Below are positions 34,850 through 46,356 of a stretch of 64,000 nucleotides of DNA, piece by piece. The notes beneath the pieces are model-generated. The model was not told where the DNA came from and made no database searches. It worked only from the letters and a program-made list of their open reading frames with translations. Source of the stretch: Podarcis vaucheri (Eukaryota); NCBI GenBank assembly GCA_965113315.1, contig OZ220365.1; one strand, given 5' to 3'. The position numbers were made by a program, and so were the translations under genes. Each line of letters opens with the position of its first letter. The first letter of the stretch is position 1.

Positions 34850-35910
34850 GATTATAAAGTAGCCAACTTTTTATTTTTGCCGGTGGGAGGGATGTGGGAA
34901 ATAACAGGCCAGTTAGCTTAACATCTGTTCCAGGAAAATTGGTGGAAAGCATTATTAAAGATAGAATTGTGAGGTATATAAAAGTACAAGAGTTGTTGAA
35001 ACAAAACCAGCATGACTTCTGCAGGGGTAAGTCCTGTCTCAACATTCTAGAGTTCTCTGAGAGTGTCAACAAGCATATCGGTTGAGGTGACCCGGTTGAT
35101 ACTGTGTACTTAAAACTTCTAAAAAGCTTTTGATAAAGTAACTCACCAAAGACTCCTGAGTAAGCATAACAGACATGAAATGAGAGGTCCTCTTATGGAT
35201 CAGGAATTTGTTAAGTAGCAAGAAGGACAGAGTAAGAATAAATGGACAGTTCTCCCAGTGGAGGACTCCAAAGGATCAGTATGGGACCTGTACTTCTTAA
35301 TGTATTCATTAATGATCTAGAGTTTGGGTTGATCAGGGAGGTAGCCAGGTTTGCTGCTGATAGCAAATTGTTCAATGTGGCTAAAAAGAATTGCAGGCAG
35401 TTCCAAAAGGATCTCCAAACTGGGTGAATGGGCAGTAAGATGGCAAATGCAATTCAAAGTAAGGTGCAGAGAGATCATACTTTTAAGTACTATGTATATG
35501 CTAATGGGACCTGAATTTTCAGTGACTGGCCAGGAATGAGACACACAGAGGATAAGCGTGAACCAAATGGCAAAAGTGATGTCCACGTTCGGGATCTTTA
35601 AAACTGTCAATATAATGTTATACATATCTGGTGAGACCACACTTGTGTGCAGTTTTGGTCACCGCAAGTTGGAAAAGGTTCAGAAAAAGGCAACCAAATT
35701 GGATCAAGGGACTGGAACAACAAGTGCATAAGGAAAGGTTAACAACATTCAGGCTCTTTATTTTAGAAAAGAGGTGAGTACACTTGATCTTACCCAAAAA
35801 GCCAAGAAGTGATGATAAGGATGTAGAAAATCATGTATGGTAGGAAGAATAACTATAATTCTATAATTTTGACCATCCAATGAAGCCAAATGCTGGAAGT
35901 TTCAGGAAAA
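34850..35910 (+). mobile_element. CR1 LINE fragment (decayed ORF2 RT to 3' end)
   Basis: GNNRPVSLTSVPGKLVESIIKDRI...NQHDFCRGKSCL and GPVLLNVFINDL...FAADSKLF are CR1 RT motifs; multiple frameshifts. Confidence 0.9.
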
Positions 35911-38689
35911 ACTTTTTTCTGGTCCTAGAAATAGGGGTAGAAATGGTGTAGTATACAGGACAGCTGGTTGTGTACAGGTGTGACACATGTTGACTTCTCT
36001 TGTCAAATACAATTTAATTTTCTTGTAAGCACTAGAAAATATATCTGTGGTCACCAGCTACCTTAGTAAACAAAGATCATTGAGGTGGTTTTCTGCAACT
36101 TCAGTGAAGGTTAATGTTTAAAGTTTATGCAAGCTGAATTAAGTTCTAGGTTTTCAGAATGAATTGTTTCAGGTTATTAACATATGCATGCATCTACAGT
36201 GTTGTCTTTTTTGTTACGGATCTGGGATTCTTCCTGTTAGTTGGGGAGACAATGGCATAGTTGCATTGAGGGATATAAGAAGCCTCTTGAATATTGTGGG
36301 TATTGTTCTCTGGCACATTTCTTATTCTAATCTGAATAAGAGGATTCTCATAGAATGTGATTGCATAATACATGTGCTTTAGTGTGTTGCTACATTTGAT
36401 TTAAGTGGTCATCGGCCACTTTACTAACACCAAGCATTTGCTCAGATTTGAGAATTAAATTTTAAATACTTGGGGGCAAATAAATATTGGTATGGATACA
36501 TTTCAGGGCACTTAGGTGGAATCTACACAAATATAAAAATCGTTCTGAAAATGCTTTTTTTAAAAAAAAGAAAAAAAGAAAACATTTTAAAAAATACATT
36601 GAACTTAGCATAAGGCTCACTATCGCTATCTAGTGTAACATTGTATATTGCACTTAAAACACTATGTTTTATTTGCAGCTGTATAGCTGAGTCCTTAGAT
36701 TAAAAAGTACAGGTACTGTAGTTAAAGTGCAAACAAGCTATGTTAATTCATTTTTTCCAGTGAGTCTTGAGTATGACTGACGTTGGATATCATTCTAAGT
36801 CTTCCTAGACAAGGGGTTGTTTATCACATTAGAGTGATTTAGTGGTGTACACAAACTATTTTGAGCACACCCACCCACCCATGCTTCCTGGGAACTGTGG
36901 TTTGCATCTCATGGAGCCACAATTCCCAGCACTCTTATCAAACTACTGTTCTTACAATTCTTCAGGTGTGTGCTTTAAATGTATGGTGCATATGCAGTCA
37001 TAGTGATTTGCGTCAGATCCTGATGATGTTTCGCAACTTGTTGAATCGTTCCTGGGATCTTGCCCGTTAGCTGCTGAATTAGTGTGCCTTCCCCTCCCTC
37101 ACTACCCTAATTGCAGGGGAGCCTGTTGGTTACTGCATGGAGGTCCAATGTAGTGCTTTCCAGGTGTTTTGAACTGTAGCTCTCAGCCAGCATGGCCTGT
37201 ACTTAGGAGTGATGGTAGCTGTAAACAACATTTGGAGGGCACTGCATTGAATACCCCTTGATTAGTGTCTCTTGAGAGCACTTAAAGAACAACACATTCT
37301 TCCTCCTGCTGGTGTCTGACATTTACAATTTTTAAAAGTTTAAAACTTGCATTCTTCTATGGATAGGGATTTTGTATCTCCACCCTCACTCCAACTTTTA
37401 AAAAATAATATACCTGGAGAAGCTACTGGCAGCTTCCATGCATTAAAGTTATCTTTTTCCTCCACTCCAGCACAAAAAAAATCCAACACCATCGGAACGA
37501 GCAAAGCACAATGCTAATTCTAGCTTTTTAGCTTTAACACTGGGAGAAAGTCCTCTGAATCTTTTTTAACATTTAGTTGAAAAGTCAGCAGCTGAACATA
37601 GGTTAGTGGAACAGAAATAAGACTGGTTGCCAAAATACCTGGCAATATTAGAATGGGGGGTGGGGGGAAAGTATTTTAAGTAACTTCCAAGTTGCTTTTT
37701 TTATAAGTATGGCAACAGGGCAATCCTGTATGCATTTCAGGCCTCGGGAGCAGAGTAATTTTTATGTTGTGACCAGCCAGTACTTTTGCAAGAGACCTTG
37801 GCATTCCATTCTAGAGAAGCCTTGGGGAGGGTTGCACAGCAGAAGCCTAGTCTAGCATAGACAAAATAAAACAACGGTAATGACAAGGCAAAAAGCAATG
37901 GTTTGATAAATATGCAGTGTTCACTCTTGATGACCACCCTTTATTTCTAGTTTATTTGAGCAATTCTGATACTTCCTGAGAATATTTGAACAGATCTAAC
38001 AATAACAAGGTTGGTATTTATTTGCATGAACTGTGCCCCCCCTTTTTTTCTGGGGGGAGTTTTCTTGCCCAGTTCTTCCTGTCCTGAAGGTATACTGGAG
38101 TGGAATATTTCAGGTGAGCTTCATAATGTAAAAGAAAAAGAGGTAGATAACAAAAATGAAAGTTAATTATCCATAGTTACCTGTTACTATAAAATTTCTG
38201 GTATCACTGAAATGTGTCAAATCACTGTATTTTAAACAAATACATTAAAATGCTTATTGTAAAATTACTCTAGTGTCTGGGTTTTCTTTTTGCACCATGA
38301 CATTATTTCAACTTTTTTTAGTAACTATATCTGTGTGGGGTATCTGGAGCCCCAAATGTTGGACTCCAACTTACATCAGTCCTGGCCAACATGGCCAATG
38401 TTTGTAAGAGATTATGGGAGTGGTGGTTCAGCAACTTCTGGAAAGCAATTTTCCCCCAGCCCTGAACTACATAATTAACTTTGTTTCAGTGCAGAGAAGC
38501 AAGTGCCTTATTCTTTATCTCAATGTGAAAACTGATTAAAAATTCAAATGTTAAACCAGGACCTGATTGATACAGTGCTTCCAGTCACTATTTCATGAAG
38601 CCTGTCTAGCAGTTGTTTTAAAAATGATGCTTGGATCCAGGGAAGCATGGGGCTGCCAAAGCATGCCATGCATGGTGCTGTAGAAAAGG

Positions 38690-39050
38690 TGGATACGTCT
38701 CCCATAATACTAGACTCTGGGATCAACCATTAAAGTTGAATGGTGAGAGATTCAGGACAAAATGAAGTACAGTGGTACCTCGGGTTACATAAGCTTCAGG
38801 TTACAGACGCTTCAGGTTACGGACTCCGCTAACCCAGAAATAGTACCTCGGGTTAAGAACTTGGCTTCAGGATGAGAACAGAAATCATGCTCCGGTGGCG
38901 TGGCAGCAGCGGGAGGCCCCATTAGCTAAAGTGGCACTTCAGGTTAAGAATGGACCTCCAGAACGAATTAAATACTTAACCTGAGGTACCACTGTACTTC
39001 AAACAGCATTCAGTTTAACAATGGAATTGACTTGCCACTGTATCTAGTCT
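38690..39050 (+). mobile_element. CR1 3'-end relic interrupted by a MITE
   Basis: agattcaggacaaaatgaagta|MITE|cttcaaacagc...atggaattgacttgcca resembles a CR1 terminus. Confidence 0.5.
38770..38994. mobile_element. Tc1/mariner-type MITE family A (full length)
   Basis: TA|CAGTGGTACCTCGGGTTA...TAACCTGAGGTACCACTG|TA. Confidence 0.9.
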
Positions 39051-39599
39051 GAGGCTTCTGAAAATGAATCGCCGGGAAGCATGAGTAGGAGAGAAGGGTG
39101 CATGCTGTTGTGCTCATTCCTTGCTTGTGGGCTTCTCATATAGGCTGGCTACTAAACAGAATGCTGGATAGGCCTTGCCTTTGGTGTGATCCAGCCAGGG
39201 TAGGGGGGCAATATATCTCACGAATCTCCTACAACACAATTATGTTTCAGGAAATGAATGCAGCTAAAAGTGGGATATTCATGCAGGTATAAGCTTGCCC
39301 ACAAAATGCTAGATTACATGGGCCTTTGGTCTGAGCCAGCAGGGCTTTTTTCTTAGGTTATGACTTCCCCAAGCTCTCTTGCTCCCAGAAGTTTTCCAAG
39401 TTCATCAAAAAACATTCTGAGGGTTGGGAAATGCTCCTGAATGCGTGAAGAATGGTTCATGGAAAGTTGTGGATGTCTAAAAAGCAGACAGAATCACCTC
39501 CTGTGAGCAGGATGTCTATTTTTTGTGATTCTTTTTCCTATTCAGGAGGGTCACTCAAGAGAGTCTTCTTGGAGAGCTGGGAAAGTCACCTTCCAACAG

Positions 39600-40150
39600 C
39601 CTCTCACCAGCACTTTCTTTGCTCCAGAATGACATGCCAAAGAAGAGGTTCTGATTCTGCTAGCCGATTTAACAGATCTTGGATAAAGTTATCTTCCACA
39701 ATCTAAATCTGAAAATATGACAAGGCAGTACCTCTGCAAGTGGCATCATTCTGCATTTTGGAATGGCCAACTGCAGCCATATAAACCTGACGTCTTCTGG
39801 TTCAATGCCAAATTATATCTAGATCACTTGGTTGTTTAAGTCTCTGGTGTGAGTCCAACCTCATACTACCCATGTGGTAGATTTACTGTATTGTCCAGAA
39901 AATTTGCTGCACTGCCACCCCAATGATTTGTATTTTTCATAAAGTCTTTGGAGCAGGCCAGTTCTTCAGGGCTATAAATTATTCTTTGCCCACTATATCT
40001 TTTCGCCCAAGATGTGTCTCAAGCATGTAAATTATTTGTAGCACATTTTGCTTGAGCTCAAAGAGGCATTTTACAGTTTATCTTAGAACATTTGTGAACT
40101 TACTGGTTCCTTTTCAAACATAAACCGTGAAGCACCTTTTCAGCTAGTCT
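39600..40150 (-). mobile_element. possible highly decayed Gypsy-type pol (RT/connection) remnant
   Basis: Broken minus-strand frames give QMF*DKL*NASL..KMC..TCLRHILG, ALKNWPAPKTL*KIQIIG and CLVIFSDLD in the order expected for Gypsy RT-RNaseH; weak. Confidence 0.3.
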
Positions 40151-41395
40151 CTCAGGGCCCAACTATATAGGATTTGCCCTTTCCTAAAGAACATCCTTGA
40201 CAGTAGCATTGAGAGCTTTGGGTTGCCTCGTTTCTGCTGTAGCTGCTTTCTTACCTGGGATCAAGCCTTTGATCCACTAAGAAGCACTGCTGGGCAAACC
40301 CCATCTTTCCTTGCAGAGACAGTTTTTTTGCCATAAACAAAATGAAGTATTCATACACCTCTGCCTATGTTATTTAGAAAAACTCACATAAAACCATTAT
40401 CATTTGACGGTTCTCACTTTATAAACCATGACAGGAGGAAGATGGGTGAAGCTGGTAGAATGAGAGAAAGTGGTCATCAATGGTGGGGGCAGGGAGTAAT
40501 AGTGCTAAGAAATAAAGCACTAAAATTGCTACTGGACTATGAAAGGCAGATATATTTTACAGTTTATAGCCCGACTTTGCTCCAAGGAGTTCATGGTGGT
40601 GTACATGGTTCTTCACCTATCCTCACAACAACCCTTGAGGTAGGTTGAATTACTTTGGGGGTGGGATTCACACATAGAATCTAACATGGAGCAAAGACTG
40701 GTTTTTGGACTCCCATCATCCCTGACCTTTGCCTTAGCTGGCTGGGGTTGATGGAAGTCCAACATCTGAAAAGTCACGGGTTCCTTCTTTGCATGTTAAA
40801 GAAATGGCTATCTGTTCTCCTTAATCTCTATTACAATCCTGTTTTCATAAGATGCGTGACTAGCAAAATAAAAATAAAATACAGCTGATGGAAATGGGCC
40901 TTGCCGTCTCTTCTTTCACCATCCTACAGACTGGCTGGCTACAAATGGAAGGCTTAGGCAGGCTGGAATCCTATGCTTGCTTACCTGGGAATAAGACTGC
41001 TAGAAGGCAGCGGGGCTTATTTCTGAGTGGACACATTGCAATGTCAGCAGCACTGCGCTAGGGAGGTCAGTGGGAAGGTCTTTCTCTCTTTCCTGATTAT
41101 CACACCTGCAATCTGAAGTGGTACAGTCCTGGAACAGTTTTACCTGCTCATCTACTTTTTGTGCTCCTGAGAAGACCCTGTGTCATACTTTTATTCCTTA
41201 GTTTGCAAAAGTGGTAATAGCTACTGCAAAATTACCACTTTTCGGGGCTGAAAGTGGTAATTTGCAATAGCTATTGTTGGCCGCCACCCTATACTATTTT
41301 CATCATGCTTCAGCAATCCTCAATAACTAGAAGAGATTCCATTTCTCACGAGGACGCCGATATTTGCTCCTTCAGCGCAGCTTCCATAAAAGCTG

Positions 41396-41490
41396 TGTAT
41401 CTGAAGAAGTGTGCATGCACACGATAGCTCATACCAAGAACTAACATAGTTGGTCTTTAAGGTGCTACTGGAAGGAATTTTTTTATTTTG
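41396..41490 (+). mobile_element. 95-bp Penelope-like insertion with 13-bp target-site duplication
   Basis: TCCATAAAAGCTG at 41383-41395 and 41491-41503; interior homologous to 24720-24795. Confidence 0.8.
41397..41434 (+). ncRNA. minimal type I hammerhead ribozyme motif (core-mutated)
   Basis: GTAT-CTGAAGA-A-GTGTG catg CACAC-GATA-GC-TC-ATAC: stem I GTAT/ATAC, CUGANGA box, stem II, GAAA box altered to GATA. Confidence 0.65.
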
Positions 41491-41519
41491 TCCATAAAAG
41501 CTGAACGGCTAGGATAGTA

Positions 41520-42400
41520 GCGAAAGGTGAACCATTGCATGCTGGTTCGTGTAGTTTCACAAAGCGGAAACGCCCGTCTCTTGAAGTAGTTTGTCCCTTC
41601 TCCCACAACGTCCACTCCTCCTCCTTTCAGGCCCAGGGTTTTTTTTTCTCCCCAACGTGGTTCCTTTATATAGAGATAGGAAAGGGAAAGCGAGAAAGTC
41701 CTCTTAGGGCTGTCCAACAGTTGTGCCTGAAGAAAATATTTATTGACGCTCTGAAATATAACTTCCTGCGTTAAGGGATAAAAAGAGAGGCTTTCTTAGA
41801 CCAATATGAACCGTTCGATGCAGAGTGTGAAGGAACAGGAGGGTTGTCAAGGCGTAGAGCGGAGCATTTTTTTCAATCAGGCGAGATTGGCGGCGCCCCC
41901 CCCTCGTGAGGTGAAAGGTCAGGCAAAGGGGGCCTTCCCCCTCTTCTCGCCCTTCCCCCACCTCCTGACATGCCAACCCAGCAGTCGGCGGCGGAGCAGC
42001 TGCACGAAAGGTGGGTTGCGGGGTAGGAGGTTTGGGGCGCTGCTGGGCGGGATGGAACGGCGCCCCTCAGTAGGGCGGGGAGGTGGGGGCCAGGCAGGCC
42101 AGAGCCAGCTCTTAACGGAAGCAGGAGCCCCTGAACGCCTGCCCGCCTCTGGGACAGTGTCGCTTGGGAAGCGGGGGGGGGGGGGGTCGGTGGTCGGGCA
42201 TTCAGTGGGGCTGTTCCTGGTGTGGGGGGCAGGTCTGTGTGGGGCGAGCTCGATATCCCCCTCCCCAGGCGAACCGTGAGGCGAGCAGGGCATTCAAGCC
42301 ACTCTGCGCCAGTCATTATGGTGACCGCTGCATTCTCTCAGGCGTTGCTAACCGAGTCTGGGTTTGTTAATTGCAGGTTCTAGGTTTTTCCAACCCCCTT
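41520..42400 (+). promoter_or_regulatory. CpG island promoter of FAM98A
   Basis: CpG/GC-rich; CCAAT (about 41801) and reverse ATTGG (41886), ETS ACTTCCTG (41761), GC boxes. Confidence 0.8.
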
Positions 42401-42431
42401 TTTCTTTTGTGCCCATTCTGAAGCCCCGGAA

Positions 42432-42484
42432 ATGGAGTTTGAGCTCATGGAGAATGACATCCTAGAGTCGCTGGAAGACCTCGG
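42432..42484 (+). CDS. FAM98A: FAM98A coding exon 1
   Basis: gaaATGG; MEFELMENDILESLEDLG; donor GG|GTatgt. Confidence 0.93.
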
Positions 42485-44576
42485 GTATGTATGAGAGCAA
42501 ATATGTCTAAATAACTTGTACTTCGGATTTTTATAAAAAAATGTTTTTTTTGGTTATGTGTCCTCACCCCCATGCTCTGTGTTTTGTGGGGCAATCATTT
42601 ACAGTACTAATCATCACTAATTCTTGAAGTGTTTTTGGAGGGGGGGAGTTGCGTGGAGGTGGGGAGGGGAGGTTAGCGCTCAGTGTTAGAAAAAGGCAAT
42701 ATCTATAGCGGTTTCTTAACAAGATAACATTCTGCACATTGAAAGATCCATTCTCTTTGGCCTAGTAAACAGTCTCGAACCATATTATTTATTTCTGAAA
42801 TAAAGCAGCTGTGGAGATGAACTGGATTGGAAACCACTATGAGCTTTATTTTGGAGGAGGGTTTTGATTTGGACCAATTAGCAGAATAACCTGATATTTT
42901 ACCAAAAGCGCCTTATCATTTACATCAAGATGGGTATACTGGTCTGAGGTTCTGAAATGAACAAAAGTATATCATCTGCAAATGAAACTAACTTACGTTC
43001 AACTGAATTATGAACTGCTTTGTGAATCTCACAGCGTTGTCTAATAGCACTAAAAATGGTTGAAAATGCAAATCAACCGTCTGCCTCCACCACCTTTCAA
43101 GGCATCCCAAGATCACAGAGTATTTGGTGTTACTGCCGTGTGCTGTGCATGAAGGCAGGGCCACATTCATTCAGCAGACTTAAAAAAAATATATCTGGCA
43201 GTCCAGCATCATTTAAAAAACCTCCACAAAGAAATTTCTACAATGTTGACTCCCCACCACCACCTCAGTGCTCCTTCTCCATAATATTTACTGTTATTCC
43301 CTATAAATATCTTCTACAATATGAATCAGTTGCCATTCATCCTTCCCTTTTAGCACAAAGTATTTCTCATGCTGCAGCCCTACATATATGTAAAAGTAAG
43401 CCTAAATGAACACAGTGAGACATAGTACCAAGGAAACCTGCCTAGACTAATGTTAATCATGCTTTAGCCTTTTCTATGAGGCAAGTGTGATGCTCTGTTT
43501 ATGTGGTGTGGGGACTAGTAATGCTATTTCTCTCTTGTACCCATACAATTAAAAGCATACTGTACAAAAGGTTCTCATTGCTTTTGGAACATTTCTCTAA
43601 CTGCTGCTGCTTCTTTTTTGTAAGATGGCACAATTCCTGTAGTTTTTGTTTTGATTTGTTTGGCTTTTCAGGAAAAAGAGATGATAAGCTAGCAAATATT
43701 TAGAAATACCTGCTGCAGAAAATTTTAAAATGCCTGCAACAGAGGATTTTGCTTACTGTTGCAAATCTTCTGAGTTTTCTGTAAATAGTAGTAATAGATA
43801 ATACACTATGAATGGTAAGGAATTTTGTCATGTGTGTTCTCAAAAACAAATTAGCTTGCATTATTCAGTAAAGACCTGGATTGGGATCCAAAGAAGTGCT
43901 GAAAGTGCATGCATGGGGTAGTACTGTGAGTACAGTGGTTCCCAGTTTGAAAGAGAAAAGCTGCTTTTAAAGCAGAACAGGGGCTTATCTCTTTGGCATT
44001 GTTATGGCTGGCTGGGCAGTTGTCCCAAAACATCTGCATCAGTTCTTTGAATTCTCTCCTTGATTCTGTTGTTCAGGGACGTGGTGGTGGGGAGAAGTAG
44101 CATGCTAGTGCAGCCAAAAATGAATGTATATTTCCCCCTTATCTTCACTACTATACTTTTATTGTTGTTTAGATGTATCTTACATCTCCAGTGTAAATGC
44201 AATCCTGCTGCTGACAAAAAGTGGACAGTTCCTTGCTCCAAGGAGCTTATAATCTAAACTTTGCCAGGGCAAGGAGCAGTAGAGGAAGAACCAAAGGGAG
44301 AAAGAGGCAAGGGCATCAAACATTAGGGAGAAGAAGGAATGAGAGAGATAATTATAACAAGGGGAAATTGTGAGCAAAAAAATAAAGATGCTGATGAGGA
44401 TATAGACTTCAATTCAAAGCATGCTAATTTGAAGGAAGTACCTTTGAAATCACTGGTGTTCCAGATAAATATATTGAAGTGTTAGTGGTGTTATCACCAA
44501 ATATGCATGGATTACATACCTCAGAAACTGTACAGTGGCTTTTAATAACATGTTCTTATTTTTGTTTGTTTGCCAG

Positions 44577-44725
44577 TTACAAAGGCCCATTGTTAGAAGA
44601 CGGTGCTCTGACCCAGGCAGCTTCTGGGGGGGCCAGTTCCCCTGAATATACTAAACTCTGTGCTTGGCTAGTGTCAGAGTTAAGGCTATTTTGCAAACTA
44701 GAAGAAAATGTGCAAGCGACTAACA
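44577..44725 (+). CDS. FAM98A: FAM98A coding exon 2
   Basis: gccAG|T TAC AAA GGC...AAC A|GTgagt; YKGPLLEDGALTQAASGGASSPEYTKLCAWLVSEL. Confidence 0.95.
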
Positions 44726-45209
44726 GTGAGTAATCATGAGTCTGACACCATTGATTGATTTATTTATGTCTTTCATATTAACTCTGAAAACTTGTGCTGG
44801 TATAGATGCTTCCAAATCTGATGTGAAAGGTTTTTCACATGCAAGTTGAACTTCTCAGGAAGCTGAATATTGTGCCCAATGCCACATTCTGTTTTTGCCT
44901 ACATACCCATGGAATCAAATTTAGTAGTTGTCTTCCACTATATTTTGTACAAGTGAGCTTTCCCCCCACCCAAGTGTTCATTTGAAGACACTATTTTTGC
45001 CATTCTGTATCACCTGAGTTCTTAATTTTGTTTGAAATGTTAATCATATTTTTTGGGTTTTTTAAAAAAGAAAATAGGCTATTTTAATCTTCAGCCTTGA
45101 ATCTTGATAACATGTATGGAAGCAGTCTCTTCATAATGTAACTTTGTCTTAACTCGTGGCAAAGAGTTAATAGTTGAACCTCTTAAATGAAAGTGATCTG
45201 TGTCTTAAG

Positions 45210-45344
45210 GTCCCATGGAAGCAGATGAGTTCCAGCTTGAAATGAGTGGGTTACTGGGTGAAATGAACTGCCCATATACAACACTAATATCAGGAGATGT
45301 CACCAAGCGCCTTCTCAATCAGAAGAACTGCCTGCTGCTGCTCA
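45210..45344 (+). CDS. FAM98A: FAM98A coding exon 3
   Basis: ttaAG|GT CCC ATG...CTC A|GTaagt; EADEFQLEMSGLLGEMNCPY. Confidence 0.93.
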
Positions 45345-45766
45345 GTAAGTTGAAAATAACAAAATCTTTTTGTTTCTTTTTGTGCCACTGTGGAGATAAT
45401 TAGGACACTTGTCCTTTCCCTGATCCTTCTTAAGAACTTATGATACTGTGATATTTAGAAAGAGAATATAGTCGGATCTGTTGAAGCTTTGGATTCATAT
45501 CGTCTGTATCATATTGGAAGCTGTCCAAGTAAAAACAACAATAACCAAGCATTTTTCTCTTTGCTTGTTATGAACAAACTTTGTCAGCATTTGAAAGTGA
45601 AAAGACATCTCATTCAGATGTGATGTAGTAAACACGAAGGAATAGCAGCTCTCCCCAGCTACTTAAGAACCATCCTGCTCTTGGAAGAGATCTAGCTTCC
45701 CCCCACCCCTATTTGTGCTTTGTCTGTGCTGTCTTAGTACAGAGTTTTAATTGATATTTATGTTAA

Positions 45767-45885
45767 TAGAATTGGAAGGGACCACAAGAGTCATCTACTC
45801 AAACCCCTTGCAATGCAGGAATCTTTTGCCCAGCCTTGGGCTTGAACCCATAACCCTGAGATTAAAAGTCTCATGCTCTACCATA
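45767..45885 (-). mobile_element. tRNA-derived SINE, second copy
   Basis: Collinear with 26829-26948 (ttggaagggac...gcaggaatcttttgcccag...tctcatgct). Confidence 0.75.
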
Positions 45886-46171
45886 TTCTTATGTAAACAA
45901 CTTTGTGAGGTTTGCTTGAAAAGCAATGTCTAAATATCTAAATTAATAAATCACATTCTGCAAAGGCGTGCCATCCTTGCTTGAGCACTGTTACCCTTAG
46001 CAGATCTGCCACTTGGTATTCTGTTTTTTAAATCCTTGCTTATCTGAACCTCACCTCTCATTCAGTTAACATAAATATGTTATGGAATCCAGAATAGTTT
46101 CTTTTATGTTCACAGCTAACTAAGGCAGATATTTGTTAAAAGGTGCTAAATTGTAGCTTTTCTTCCTTCAG

Positions 46172-46356
46172 CATACCTCATCTCAGAACTGGAAGCTGCC
46201 AGAATGCTCTGTGTGAATGCTCCTCCCAAAAAAGCCCAGGAGGGGGGTGGTAGTGAAGTCTTTCAGGAGCTGAAAGGCATATGTATTGCTTTGGGCATGT
46301 CCAAGCCTCCTGCCAACATAACTATGTTCCAGTTCTTCAGTGGAATAGAAAAAAAG
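46172..46356 (+). CDS. FAM98A: FAM98A coding exon 4
   Basis: ccttcAG|CA TAC CTC...AAA AAG|GTaaga; YLISELEAARMLCVNAPPKKAQEGGGSEVFQELKGICIALGMSKPP. Confidence 0.95.

Noticed and set aside
41806-42316. 124-157 aa ORFs in the FAM98A CpG island
   Set aside because: GC-rich, low-complexity translations with no recognisable homology.
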